DNA of 64,000 nucleotides from Betaproteobacteria bacterium (GCA_004298385.1 SCTX01000133.1:3672-67671); one strand, 5' to 3'; positions 8,038 through 18,181 are shown, counted from the stretch's first letter. Notes: generated by a model not told the origin, from the sequence alone. A program made the numbers and translations.

Positions 8038-9870
8038 ATGGCACATGGAAGCCGTTCCGCCGAACTGTCCGTAGACGCAGCGCCGCCCGCGCCCGGCGCG
8101 CGGCGCAACGAATGGCGCGCGGTCGGCATGCTGTTGCCCTACCTGTGGGAGTACAAATGGCGCGTGATAATCGCGCTCGCGTTTCTTGCTGCCGCCAAGT
8201 TGGCCAACGTCGGCGTGCCACTGGTGTTGAAAGACGTCGTCGACGCACTCGCACCGGCCGAGCAGGTTCTGGCGTTGCCGCTGGCGCTGCTCATCGCCTA
8301 CGGCCTGCTGCGGCTCTCCACCGTGCTGTTCGCCGAGCTGCGCGACGTGGTGTTCGTGCGGGTGACGCAGCGCGCGATCCGCCGCATCGCGCTCACCGTG
8401 TTCCGCCACCTGCACAGCCTGAGCCTGCGTTTTCACCTCGACCGGCAGACCGGCGGCGTGACGCGCGACATCGAGCGAGGCACGCGCGGCATTTCCACAT
8501 TGCTCAACTTCATGCTGTTTTCCATCATTCCGGTAATCCTGGAATTCAGTCTGGTGGCGGCGGTGCTGCTGACCAAATTCGACTGGCGCTTCGCCGCCGT
8601 GACCTTCGCCGCGGTCGCGATCTACATCTTCTTCACCGTCAGCGTCACCGAGTGGCGCATGGACATCCGCCGCCAGGCGAACGAGCTCGATTCCAGGGCC
8701 AACACCCGCGCCATCGACAGCCTGCTCAACTACGAGACCGTTAAGTATTTCAACAATGAGGAGTACGAGGCGCGGCGCTACGACGACAACCTGCAGAAGT
8801 ACGAGTCGGCCGCGGTGAGGAACGAGGTATCGCTCGGCCTCTTGAATGTCGGCCAGAGCTGCGTCATTGCCATCGCCGTGACGCTCCTAATGATCCTGGC
8901 GGCCGAGGGCGTGGTGAACAACACCCTGACGCTGGGCGACCTGGTGCTGATCAACGGCCTGCTGATCCAGCTCTATATCCCGCTCAATTTCCTCGGCATG
9001 GTCTACCGCGAGATCAAGCAGGCGCTGATCGACACCGACAGGATGTTCCGCTTGCTGGAACAAAACCGCGAAATCCTGGACAGCCCCAACGCCGTGACGC
9101 TCGCCGCGGGCAGCGCTTCCATCCGCTTCGAGCACGTGGATTTCTCCTACGACCCGAAGCGCCAGATCCTGTTTGATGTGTCGTTCGACGTTCCCGCGGG
9201 CAGCAAGGTCGCAGTGGTCGGGCACTCGGGCGCGGGCAAATCGACGCTGGCGCGGCTGCTGTACCGGTTCTACGATGTCGGCGGCGGCGCGATCATCATC
9301 AACGGCAGCGATATCCGCGCGCTGCGGCAGTTGAGCCTGCGCGGTGCAATCGGCATCGTGCCGCAGGATACGGTGCTATTCAACGACAGCATTTACTACA
9401 ATATCCACTACGGCCGGCCGGATGCGACGCACGCGGAGGTGCTCGAGGCGGCCAGGGCGGCGCATATCCACGAGTTCATCGAAAGCCTGCCGGACAAGTA
9501 CGAGGCGAGGGTGGGCGAGCGCGGCCTGAAGCTGTCGGGCGGCGAGAAACAGCGCGTGGCGATTGCGCGCGCCATTCTCAAGAGTCCTTCGATCCTGATT
9601 TTCGACGAGGCCACTTCGGCGCTCGACTCGGAAACCGAGCAGTCGATCCAGGCGGAACTTGCGCGCATCGCGCAGGGGCATACCACCTTGGTGATCGCGC
9701 ACCGGCTGTCCACGATCATGGATGCGGACCAGATCCTGGTGATGGAGGGCGGGCGCATCATTGAGCGCGGCAGTCACCGCGAGCTGCTGGAGCGCGACGG
9801 CGCTTATGCGCAGATGTGGGCACTGCAGCAGCAGGAGGAATCTCAGCGGCCGCGCGCCAAGGCCGCCTGA
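8038..9870 (+). CDS. ABC transporter, fused permease/ATPase (Atm1/HMT1-type exporter)
   Basis: 610 aa. It has a six-TM N-terminal half, Walker A GHSGAGKST, signature LSGGEKQR, and Walker B ILIFDEATSALD. Confidence 0.9.
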   Translation: MAHGSRSAELSVDAAPPAPGARRNEWRAVGMLLPYLWEYKWRVIIALAFLAAAKLANVGVPLVLKDVVDALAPAEQVLALPLALLIAYGLLRLSTVLFAELRDVVFVRVTQRAIRRIALTVFRHLHSLSLRFHLDRQTGGVTRDIERGTRGISTLLNFMLFSIIPVILEFSLVAAVLLTKFDWRFAAVTFAAVAIYIFFTVSVTEWRMDIRRQANELDSRANTRAIDSLLNYETVKYFNNEEYEARRYDDNLQKYESAAVRNEVSLGLLNVGQSCVIAIAVTLLMILAAEGVVNNTLTLGDLVLINGLLIQLYIPLNFLGMVYREIKQALIDTDRMFRLLEQNREILDSPNAVTLAAGSASIRFEHVDFSYDPKRQILFDVSFDVPAGSKVAVVGHSGAGKSTLARLLYRFYDVGGGAIIINGSDIRALRQLSLRGAIGIVPQDTVLFNDSIYYNIHYGRPDATHAEVLEAARAAHIHEFIESLPDKYEARVGERGLKLSGGEKQRVAIARAILKSPSILIFDEATSALDSETEQSIQAELARIAQGHTTLVIAHRLSTIMDADQILVMEGGRIIERGSHRELLERDGAYAQMWALQQQEESQRPRAKAA

Positions 9871-10008
9871 ACCGGGGCTAAACCTTGCAGCCTGTTCAAC
9901 ATTCTTCAATTCCCGCTTTAGATTGCATCGCTATCTCGTTATTTTTGCTTGCCAAATGAAAATTTGGCGGCTAGACTTCGCGAACATCTTTTATTCGCCG
10001 GGAGCAAG

Positions 10009-10929
10009 ATGCCCTTGTCCATGCGCCATAGCTTGATTTGTGCCGGCCTCGGTCTGGGACTCGCGTCGGCCGTCTATGCCGGCCATGCCGAAGCGCGCGG
10101 CCGCGCGGCCGATGCCGCGCCCGTCGCGCACAAGCTAGCGCTGCGCTCGGCCGCGGCCTTCATCCAGGATCAGGAAACCGGCGAGATTCTCTACGGCAAG
10201 AATGCGGCTGCCGTGGCGCCCATCGCCTCGATCACCAAACTGATGACGGCGATGGTGGTACTCGACGCCGGCCTCGATCTGCAGGAAATCATCACCATTT
10301 CAGGCGAAGACATGGATTTGCTGCGCGGCACGCACTCGCGCCTCAAACCCGGCGCCAGCCTCAGCCGCGACGAGTTGTTGCGCGTGGCGCTGATGGCCTC
10401 GGAGAATCGCGCCGCGGCAGCCTTGGGGCGCACCTACCCGGGCGGCCTCGAGGCGTTAGTGCGCGCCATGAATCACAAGGCGCGGATGCTGGGCATGAAC
10501 GATTCACATTTTGGCGACGCCACCGGGCTCTCCAGCGCCAATGTTTCCAGCGCCGAAGATCTGGCCAAACTGGTGCGCGCCGCGCATCGCTACGAGCTCA
10601 TCCGCCACTATACGACTTTGGCGGAACACGAGGTTCATGTGGCCGGCAGGTCGCTCGCTTACCGCAATACCAACCGCTTGGTGGCGAACGGGAGCTGGAA
10701 TATCGGCCTGTCCAAGACCGGTTTCACCAACGATGCCGGCCGCTGCCTGGTGCTGCAGGCGAAGCTCGCCGAGCGCCGGGTGATCATCGTGCTCCTGGAT
10801 TCCTGGGGAAAGCTCTCGCGTATCGGCGACGCCAACCGCATCCGCGCCTGGCTCGAGGCGAACGCCAGGCCGCGGAGCGGCGCCGTGCATAAGTCCGCGC
10901 AGAAAAGCCTCAAGCCCGCGCCGGCCTGA
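10009..10929 (+). CDS. pbpG: D-alanyl-D-alanine endopeptidase (S11 peptidase, PBP7/PbpG-like)
   Basis: It has a signal peptide plus SITK (SxxK), SEN (SxN) and KTG motifs. The ATG at 10009 follows GGGAGCAAG. The ORF-track start at 9949 is judged too early. Confidence 0.85.
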   Translation: MPLSMRHSLICAGLGLGLASAVYAGHAEARGRAADAAPVAHKLALRSAAAFIQDQETGEILYGKNAAAVAPIASITKLMTAMVVLDAGLDLQEIITISGEDMDLLRGTHSRLKPGASLSRDELLRVALMASENRAAAALGRTYPGGLEALVRAMNHKARMLGMNDSHFGDATGLSSANVSSAEDLAKLVRAAHRYELIRHYTTLAEHEVHVAGRSLAYRNTNRLVANGSWNIGLSKTGFTNDAGRCLVLQAKLAERRVIIVLLDSWGKLSRIGDANRIRAWLEANARPRSGAVHKSAQKSLKPAPA

Positions 10930-10969
10930 AGCTTGCGGGCGGATCCGACCACCTGCTGTCGAGGAGCCG

Positions 10970-11956
10970 ATGGCACAGCCGCAGCAGCGCCCCGCCAAAG
11001 GGGTGGTGCGCTTCTACAATTTTCTGCCCGAGGGCGATTCCTTCCTCGATGAGGTGCTGACGGGTTTGGCGCGGCAGCAGAAGACGCTGCCACCGAAGTA
11101 CTTCTACGACGCGCGCGGCTGCGAGCTGTTCGAGAGAATCTGCACGCTGCCGGAGTACTATCCCACGCGCACCGAGCTCGCGATCATGCGCGAGCATGCC
11201 GGCGCGATGGCGACGTTCCTCGGCCCGGATTGCCAGTTGATCGAGTTCGGCAGCGGCTCGAGCACGAAAACGCGCATCCTGATCGAGCGGCTGCAGCCGC
11301 CGCTGTACCTGCCCATCGACATCGCGGGCGAGGCGATCAGGGAGGCCGCAGCCGGTCTCGCTCGGGCATTCCCCTGGCTCAACATCAATGGCGTGTGCGC
11401 CGATTACACCAGGCCGCTGACGCTGCCCGAGTTCGCCGGCGTGCCGATCCGCAGAAAAGCCGTCTATTTTCCCGGCTCGACCATCGGCAATTTCACCCCG
11501 CACGAATCGGTCGAGTTCCTGAAGCGCGCCCGGCGCATGGTCGGTCCGGGCGGCGCCCTGCTCATCGGCGTGGATCTGAAAAAGGACAAGCGGCTGCTCG
11601 ACGCCGCCTACGACGACGCAGCGGGCGTGACCGCGGCGTTCAACCTTAACCTGCTCGCGCGCATCAATCGCGAACTGGGCGGGGATTTCCAGTTGCGGCG
11701 CTTCCGCCACAAAGCTTTCTATGACGAGGCCAAGGGCCGGATCGAGATGCACCTCGAAAGCCTCGCCTCGCAGTTCGCCCATGTCGGCGGCGAGCGCTTC
11801 CGCTTCCGCGCGGGCGAAACCATCCATACGGAGATTTCCTGCAAGTACGGCATCGAGGAATTCCAGGCCGTGGCGCAGCGCGCCGGCTTCGCGCCCGAGC
11901 AGACCTGGATCGACGCGGCCAAGCGGTTCAGCGTGCACGGCATGATCGCGAAGTAG
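10970..11956 (+). CDS. egtD: L-histidine N-alpha-methyltransferase-like protein (EgtD family)
   Basis: 328 aa. It carries KYFYDARGCELFERICTLPEYYPTRTE and the EFGSGSSTKTR SAM-binding motif characteristic of the EgtD family. Confidence 0.8.
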   Translation: MAQPQQRPAKGVVRFYNFLPEGDSFLDEVLTGLARQQKTLPPKYFYDARGCELFERICTLPEYYPTRTELAIMREHAGAMATFLGPDCQLIEFGSGSSTKTRILIERLQPPLYLPIDIAGEAIREAAAGLARAFPWLNINGVCADYTRPLTLPEFAGVPIRRKAVYFPGSTIGNFTPHESVEFLKRARRMVGPGGALLIGVDLKKDKRLLDAAYDDAAGVTAAFNLNLLARINRELGGDFQLRRFRHKAFYDEAKGRIEMHLESLASQFAHVGGERFRFRAGETIHTEISCKYGIEEFQAVAQRAGFAPEQTWIDAAKRFSVHGMIAK

Positions 11957-12020
11957 CCCGAAAAACAATATACGGTGCCTTAAATTCCGACGCTGCCAAG
12001 AGCGGCCATTGCGCGCTCGT

Positions 12021-12191
12021 GCGCGCCAACCGTGTTTTTGGTACGGATAGAAACATCCGTACCAAAAACACGGTTCCGGATAAAGGCAATAACGGTTTAG
12101 GGTTGCTTTTATCCAAGATCGCCGATTACGCACGGATGGTTTTTCATCCGTGCGTAATCGGCGATCCGCGCGGACGGCTTTTCGTCCGCGC
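12021..12191 (+). repeat. Triple-hairpin intergenic repeat, copy A
   Basis: Hairpin 1 is 12028-12075 (perfect 21-bp stem). Hairpin 2 is 12117-12166 (perfect 22-bp stem, GTTTTT loop). Hairpin 3 is 12168-12191 (9-bp stem). It is homologous to 15002-15171. Confidence 0.85.
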
Positions 12192-12247
12192 CAATTCGAA
12201 GCTCTGCAACAACGTGGAGCGCGATTTAGGTCGCTACGTATAGAATG

Positions 12248-12288
12248 TTGATTTTGGTCAAGGTGGCGCGGCAGCAAAGGTCTATTTT
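12248..12288 (+). promoter_or_regulatory. Candidate class-II CRP/FNR-family promoter of glgP
   Basis: The box TTGATTTTGGTCAA (12248-12261) is followed after exactly 21 nt by TATTTT (12283-12288). It lies about 95 nt upstream of the glgP ATG. Confidence 0.45.
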
Positions 12289-12381
12289 TTTTGCGTAGCG
12301 GGTAAGTTGTGTCCACTCCCGGGCCGGGCGGGGGCCGGGCGCGCGCCAGCTCGCGCCGCGGGGTCAAAGCAAGGGTAAATC

Positions 12382-14946
12382 ATGCAACCAAGCATCACCA
12401 CCATATACAATCTCGAGGTCAACCCGAAGATTCCACAACGGCTGATCCGGCTGGAGGAGTTGGCGAACAATCTTTGGTATAGCTGGGACATCATGCCCAC
12501 GCGGGCGCTGTTTTCGCGTCTGGATCCGGCCTTGTGGAATGCCGTAGGACACAGCCCCAAGGCCTTGCTCAAGCGCATCCAAGAGCGGCGGCTGTTGGAT
12601 GCGGCCGAGGACAAGGTATTCATCGACAACTACAACCGCGTGCTTTCGGCCTACGACAGTTATCATGGAGCGCCGCTGGGCCGCGACGCGGCGGATCAAG
12701 CGCTAGGGCCGTCCGACCTGGTCGCCTATTTCTGTGCCGAATTCGGTTTCCATGAGAGCCTGCCGATCTACTCCGGCGGTCTCGGAATACTGGCCGGAGA
12801 TCACTGCAAGGCGGCGAGCGACCTGCGCCTTCCCTTCGTCGGCGTCGGCCTGCTCTACCGCCAAGGCTATTTCTTCCAGACCATCGACAGCCACGGCAAC
12901 CAGGGGGCTACTTACGTAGACTCGGATTTCGACGATCTGCCGATCTCGCCGGTGCAGCGCGAAGACCGGTCTGAATTGAAAATCACGGTTGAATTTCCCG
13001 GGCGCGAGGTCAAGGCGAAGGTGTGGCAGGTGCGCACCGGCCGCGTGACCTTGTACCTGCTCGACACCGACATCGAGGAAAACAACCCGCAAGACCGCTA
13101 CATCGCGCATCAACTCTATGGCGGCGACCGCTCCACCCGCATCGAGCAGGAGATCGTGCTCGGCGTAGGCGGGGTGCGTGCGCTCGCCGCGCTCGGCTTG
13201 AAGCCCGCGGTCTGGCATATCAACGAAGGGCATGCGGCGTTCCTGATCCTGGAGCGCCTGCGCGACCTGGTGCATCAGGGGCTCGATTTCGCCAGCGCGC
13301 TAGAGGCGGTGGCGGTGAACACGGTGTTCACCACCCACACCGCCGTGCCCGCGGGGCACGACCATTTCTCGACGCAAATGCTGCTGCATTATTTCCAGGA
13401 CTGGTGCCGCGATCTGCGCATCCCCGGCGAGCAGTTGCTGGCGCTGGGCTTGGGGCCGGGCGCGAGCGAATTCAACATGACCACGCTCGCCGTGCGCGGC
13501 TCGCGCTTCCACAACGGGGTTTCCAAGATTCATGGCGAGGTGTCCTCGCGCATGCTCGGCGATCTGTGGCCGCAAATCCCGCCGCAAGAGAATCCGATCA
13601 CTTCGATCACCAATGGCGTGCACGTGCCGACCTTCCTGTCGCCGGAATGGGCCGATGCCTTCGACCACTTTCTCGGCTACGGCTGGAGCCAGAGGCTGGG
13701 CGACCAGAGTTGCTGGGACCAGATCAGCGCGGTGCCGGATCATCTGTTCTGGAGCACCCGCCAGCACCTGAAGTCGCAGTTGCTGCATTTGGTGCGCTAC
13801 CGCCTGCGCGAGCAGAACGCGCGCAACCAGGGCAGCGAAGCGCACTTGGATCGGCTCCTCCGGCTCTGCAGTCCGGACAATCCGACGGTGCTGATCATCG
13901 GTTTTGGCCGGCGCTTTGCCACCTACAAGCGAGCCGCGCTGTTGTTCGAGGATCTGGACTGGTTGCGCCAACTGCTCGGCGACCCGCAGCGCCCCGTGCT
14001 GTTTCTGTTCGCCGGCAAGGCGCATCCAGCCGACGTGCCCGGGCAGGATCTGATCCGGCGCGTGATGCAGGTGGCGCAAATGCCGGAATTCGAGGGCAAA
14101 ATACTGCTGATCGAAGGCTATGATTTGCGCCTCGGCCGGCGCATGGTTTCCGGCGTCGACGTCTGGCTCAACAACCCGGTCTACCCGCTCGAGGCCTCGG
14201 GCACCTCGGGCATGAAGGCGGCGCTCAACGGCGTGGTCAACCTGTCGGTGCTCGACGGCTGGTGGGGTGAAGGCTACGACGGGTCGAACGGCTGGGCGAT
14301 CAAGCCGGCCGCCGCCGGGATCGACGACGCCGTCCGCAATCGCGAGGAAGCGCGCACGCTCTACGAAATCCTGCAGGATCAGGTCATTCCGCTTTACTAC
14401 AACCGCACCAGCGCGGGCTACTCGCCCGAATGGGTCAAGCTGGCGAAGCGTTCCATCACCAGCCTTTTGCCGCGATTCAATTCGAACCGCATGGTGGGCG
14501 AATACGTGGCCAAGTGCTATTTGCCGGCGGCGCAACAGGGCCGGCGCTACGCCGACAAGCAGTTCGAGGTCGCGCGCTCGGTCGCCGCCTGGAAGTCCCG
14601 GGCACGGCAGGCTTGGCCGGGGGTGACGATAAGGCGGCTCAATTCGCCGCAAAAGCGCATTCAGTTCGGCGAGACGCTGCGCATCGAAGCGGCGGTAAGG
14701 CTGAACGGCCTGAACCCGGAGGATGTGGCCGTGGAATTGTTGGTGAGCCGGGCTGGGGAATTCGGCAAAGGCGAGTCGAGACACCACCGATTTGCCGCGC
14801 AAGACGCGGACGCGGGCGGCGAGCACCGTTTTGTGCTGGAACTGGCTCCGGAGATGTGCGGCAAGCTGGATTACCGCATTCGCGTTTATCCGTGGCATGA
14901 GTTCTTGACTCATCCGCTCGAATTGGGGCTGATGATTTGGGCTTGA
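12382..14946 (+). CDS. glgP: Alpha-glucan phosphorylase (GT35, long DUF3417-containing type)
   Basis: 854 aa. Diagnostic stretches include NLWYSWD, SGGLGILAGDH, EASGTSGMKAALNG (PLP-Lys region) and LSVLDGWW. Confidence 0.9.
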   Translation: MQPSITTIYNLEVNPKIPQRLIRLEELANNLWYSWDIMPTRALFSRLDPALWNAVGHSPKALLKRIQERRLLDAAEDKVFIDNYNRVLSAYDSYHGAPLGRDAADQALGPSDLVAYFCAEFGFHESLPIYSGGLGILAGDHCKAASDLRLPFVGVGLLYRQGYFFQTIDSHGNQGATYVDSDFDDLPISPVQREDRSELKITVEFPGREVKAKVWQVRTGRVTLYLLDTDIEENNPQDRYIAHQLYGGDRSTRIEQEIVLGVGGVRALAALGLKPAVWHINEGHAAFLILERLRDLVHQGLDFASALEAVAVNTVFTTHTAVPAGHDHFSTQMLLHYFQDWCRDLRIPGEQLLALGLGPGASEFNMTTLAVRGSRFHNGVSKIHGEVSSRMLGDLWPQIPPQENPITSITNGVHVPTFLSPEWADAFDHFLGYGWSQRLGDQSCWDQISAVPDHLFWSTRQHLKSQLLHLVRYRLREQNARNQGSEAHLDRLLRLCSPDNPTVLIIGFGRRFATYKRAALLFEDLDWLRQLLGDPQRPVLFLFAGKAHPADVPGQDLIRRVMQVAQMPEFEGKILLIEGYDLRLGRRMVSGVDVWLNNPVYPLEASGTSGMKAALNGVVNLSVLDGWWGEGYDGSNGWAIKPAAAGIDDAVRNREEARTLYEILQDQVIPLYYNRTSAGYSPEWVKLAKRSITSLLPRFNSNRMVGEYVAKCYLPAAQQGRRYADKQFEVARSVAAWKSRARQAWPGVTIRRLNSPQKRIQFGETLRIEAAVRLNGLNPEDVAVELLVSRAGEFGKGESRHHRFAAQDADAGGEHRFVLELAPEMCGKLDYRIRVYPWHEFLTHPLELGLMIWA

Positions 14947-15001
14947 GCTGTTCACTGCGTCTTGAATACTGTCGCGTGCGGCGAGCGGACTTGCGCGCTG
15001 C

Positions 15002-15171
15002 GCGCGCCAACCGTGCTTTCTGCGCGGATGAAAAGCGTATCCGCACAGAAAGCACGGTTACGGTTAACGCCAGACACGGCTTGAGGTTTTATACAAGATC
15101 GCTGATTGCGCGCGGATGTGTTTTTCATCCGCGCGCAATCAGCGATCCGCGCGGACGGTTTTCGTCCGCGC
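15002..15171 (+). repeat. Triple-hairpin intergenic repeat, copy B
   Basis: Hairpin 1 is 15009-15059 (21-bp stem, one mismatch). Hairpin 2 is 15097-15147 (perfect 22-bp stem). Hairpin 3 is 15149-15171. It has the same order and orientation as copy A and lies between convergent glgP and glgA. Confidence 0.85.
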
Positions 15172-15251
15172 AATGGTACAACCCTGAGGTGAACAAAGGG
15201 GCAGCCCCTTTTTGATGCGATGAGCGAATGCCTTGCGGATCCGAAGCCTTG

Positions 15252-16748
15252 CTATTGTTTCTGTGCCAGCCGCGCGTAAATCGCGGCATAGCGGCGCGCG
15301 CTCGGCTCCCAGCCGAAATCCCTGGCCATGCCGTTGCGCTGCAGTGCGGGCCAGGTAGTGCCGTCGCGCCAGGCGCGCGCGGCGCGCTCGACCGCGGCGA
15401 GCAACGCCGGCGCGCTCGGCTCTCGAAAAACAAAGCCGCTGGCGCTGCCATCGGCGAGCGTCGCCGCAGTGCAGTCGACCACCGTGTCGGCGAGTCCGCC
15501 GGTGGCGCGCACGATCGGCGGCGTGCCGTAGCGCTGGCTGTACATCTGGTTCATGCCGCAGGGCTCGAAGCGCGAGGGCATGAGGAAGGCATCGGCGCCG
15601 GCTTCGATCAGATGGGCCAGTCCCTCGTCAAAGCCGATGGTGGTGCTTGCCTGCCCGGCATGGACCTGCGCCAGCGCGAGAAAGCCGCGCTCGAGTTGAG
15701 GATCGCCGCCACCGCCGAGCAGCGCGAGTTGTGCCGGCAACGCCAGCAACTGCGGCGCGATCTCGAGCAGCCAGTCGAGCCCTTTCTGCGCGGTGAGCCG
15801 GCTCACCACGGCAAACAGGGGCACGGAAGGCGAGGGCGAGAGGCCGAGGCGCCGCTGCAGCGCGCGCTTGTTGATCGGTTTGGATGCGAGCGTATCGGCA
15901 GTGTAGCGGGAAGCTATCAGGGAATCGGTGGCAGGGTTCCACAAGTCGGTATCGATGCCGTTGAGTATGCCGTAGAGGCTATCCTTGCGCGCGGCGAGCA
16001 ACCCGTCGAGGCCGAAACCGAGGGCTTCGCTTTGAATTTCCAGCGCATAGCCCGGGCTTACCGTGGTGATGGCGTCGGCGAACTGCAGGCCGGCCTTGAG
16101 AAAGGAGAGCTTGCCGTAGAACTCGACGCCGTTGGGGCTGAAAGAGGCCGCAGGCAGGCCGAGCGCGGCGACGAACTCCGCCTCGAATATCCCTTGAAAG
16201 GCAAGATTGTGTATGGTCTGCAGCGTCGCGGCTCGCGCGCCGGCCGCATAGCGCAGGTGGGCGGGGGCGAGGCCGGTCTGCCAGTCGTTGCAGTGAACCA
16301 CCTGCGCTTGCCAGTCGAGCGGACCGCCGACGCTGCCGAGCAGCGCGGCGACGCGCGACAGCAGACCGAAGCGCAGCGCGTTATCGCTCCAGTCGCTGCC
16401 GGACGCGTCCTGATAGGGTCCGCCGGGACGCTCATACAGTTCGGGGCAGTCGAGCGCGTAGAGCGGCACGCCCGACGCCATCCGGCCCTGGAGCAGGCGC
16501 GAACCGGGAAAATCCGCCATTGGCGCGATGCGCGCGACTTCGCGGTAGCCCGGCAGCAGCGCGAGCACCTGGCGGTAGCCGGGCAGCAGAATCCGGACAT
16601 CGACTCCGAGCCTCGCGAGCGCGGCGGGCAAGGCCGCGCTGACATCGCCCAGGCCGCCGGTCTTCACCAGAGAGGCGCATTCCGACGTGGCGAACAGGAT
16701 GCGCAGTGGGCTGGCTTGCACGGCTGTGTCGGTGGCGGAAGGGGTCAC
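15252..16748 (-). CDS. glgA: Glycogen synthase (ADP-glucose type)
   Basis: 498 aa. The N-terminal ILFATSECASLVKTGGLGDV motif (KTGGL) is present. Confidence 0.93.
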   Translation of the reverse strand: MTPSATDTAVQASPLRILFATSECASLVKTGGLGDVSAALPAALARLGVDVRILLPGYRQVLALLPGYREVARIAPMADFPGSRLLQGRMASGVPLYALDCPELYERPGGPYQDASGSDWSDNALRFGLLSRVAALLGSVGGPLDWQAQVVHCNDWQTGLAPAHLRYAAGARAATLQTIHNLAFQGIFEAEFVAALGLPAASFSPNGVEFYGKLSFLKAGLQFADAITTVSPGYALEIQSEALGFGLDGLLAARKDSLYGILNGIDTDLWNPATDSLIASRYTADTLASKPINKRALQRRLGLSPSPSVPLFAVVSRLTAQKGLDWLLEIAPQLLALPAQLALLGGGGDPQLERGFLALAQVHAGQASTTIGFDEGLAHLIEAGADAFLMPSRFEPCGMNQMYSQRYGTPPIVRATGGLADTVVDCTAATLADGSASGFVFREPSAPALLAAVERAARAWRDGTTWPALQRNGMARDFGWEPSARRYAAIYARLAQKQ

Positions 16749-16846
16749 GGATTCAGGTGGCGGCGCGGCATGAATGCGCGCATCAGGCGCCCAATGTTAG
16801 CAGGGGTTCGGATTCCCGGCCCAGGCTTTGCGTCGGTCGCTTGCCG

Positions 16847-17830
16847 ATGATACTCGCCGGCGACATCGGCGGCACCAAAGCGCTGCTCATGCTGGCGACA
16901 TTGCGTCAGGGCCGGCCGGCAGCGGTGCTGGAGCGGCGTTACGCCGTCGCCTCCTTTGCCGACTTCTCCGCGCTGCTGGCGCGCTTTCTCGATGAATGCC
17001 GCCGGCATTGCGGCCGCGAGCTGCGCCTCGCCAGCGCCTGTTTCGGCGCGGCCGGACCGGTGTTGGCCGATTGCATCCAGATGACCAACCTGCTCTGGCG
17101 CCTCGATGCAGGGGCGATCGCCGCCGAGTTCGGCATCGGGCGCGTGCTGCTGGTGAACGATTTCGCGGCGGCGGCAAAGGGAGTGGAGGCGCTGGGTCCG
17201 GGCGACGGCACGATTTTGCAGCGCGGCGAGCCTCTGCCGCGCGCCGCGCGTGTGGTCATCGGCGCGGGTTCAGGGCTGGGGGTGGCCTACGCGCTGCCGC
17301 AGGGGAAGCGATACCAAGTGATCTCGGGAGAGGGCGGGCATGCGGGTTTCGCTCCCGCGGATGACGAGCAGATGCGCTTGTGGCGGGCGCTCCATGCGCA
17401 ACTTGGCCGCGTCAGCGTCGAGCACGTGGTCTCCGGACCGGGCCTCACGCGCATCTACGACTTCCTGCGCGCGGGGCTGACGCAGACGCCGGCCTTGCGC
17501 GAGGCGGTGCGCACCGAAGGCGCGGCCGCGATCAGCCGCCATGCCCTGGAGCGGAACGATCCGCTTGCCTGCCGGGCGCTCGATCTGTTCATCGCCTGCT
17601 ACGGCGCGGTGGCAGGCGATCATGCGCTGACGGCGATGGCACGCGGCGGCGTCTACATCGCCGGCGGCATTGCCCCGAAAATTCTCAGCCGGCTTGCGGC
17701 CGGCGGCTTCGTCGCGGCGTTCAATGCCAAAGGCGCGCATACTCAAGTGAATCTCAGGATTCCAGTCCAGGTCGTCACCACCGAGCGTCTCGGGCTGCTC
17801 GGCGCGGCGCTGATTGCAGCGCGACGTTAA
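16847..17830 (+). CDS. glk: Glucokinase
   Basis: MILAGDIGGTKALL is an ATP-binding N-terminus. I chose the internal ATG at 16847, because the ORF-track start at 16706 would overlap the glgA start region. Confidence 0.85.
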   Translation: MILAGDIGGTKALLMLATLRQGRPAAVLERRYAVASFADFSALLARFLDECRRHCGRELRLASACFGAAGPVLADCIQMTNLLWRLDAGAIAAEFGIGRVLLVNDFAAAAKGVEALGPGDGTILQRGEPLPRAARVVIGAGSGLGVAYALPQGKRYQVISGEGGHAGFAPADDEQMRLWRALHAQLGRVSVEHVVSGPGLTRIYDFLRAGLTQTPALREAVRTEGAAAISRHALERNDPLACRALDLFIACYGAVAGDHALTAMARGGVYIAGGIAPKILSRLAAGGFVAAFNAKGAHTQVNLRIPVQVVTTERLGLLGAALIAARR

Positions 17831-17840
17831 GCGTCGCCGC

Positions 17841-17881
17841 TTGACAAATGTCAATGCCGGTACGCCGTCGGCGGCTATGCT
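17841..17881 (+). promoter_or_regulatory. Candidate class-II CRP/FNR-family promoter of the DUF2934 gene
   Basis: The palindrome TTGACAAATGTCAA (17841-17854) is followed after exactly 21 nt by TATGCT (17876-17881). The ATG is at 17919, preceded by AAAGGAGG. Confidence 0.45.
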
Positions 17882-17918
17882 TTAATCGTGCAAGTGGGTC
17901 CATGAAAGGAGGCGGGCT

Positions 17919-18181
17919 ATGCAAAGTACACAAACGCGTTCGCACAAAACCAAGGCGACGCCGAAGATGACCAATCGCGGCGGGACAGTTGCAGTCAAGT
18001 CAATGCAAGCCAAAGCGGAAACGCGGCCGGTCAATCGCGCGGGCATCAGTGCGCAAGAGCGCGAGAACTTCATTGCGCAGGCCGCTTATTTTCGCGCCGA
18101 AAAGCGGGGGTTTGCCCCTGGCTGCGAATTGCAGGACTGGGTCGAGGCCGAGGCGGAAGTCCTGCGTCTGATCGGCGGCGG

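Noticed and set aside
17841-17846. TTGACA hexamers at 17841 and 25577 as plain sigma70 -35 boxes.
   Set aside because: No acceptable -10 lies at 16-18 nt. The hexamers are halves of 14-bp palindromes whose spacing to TAnnnT fits activator-dependent class-II geometry better.
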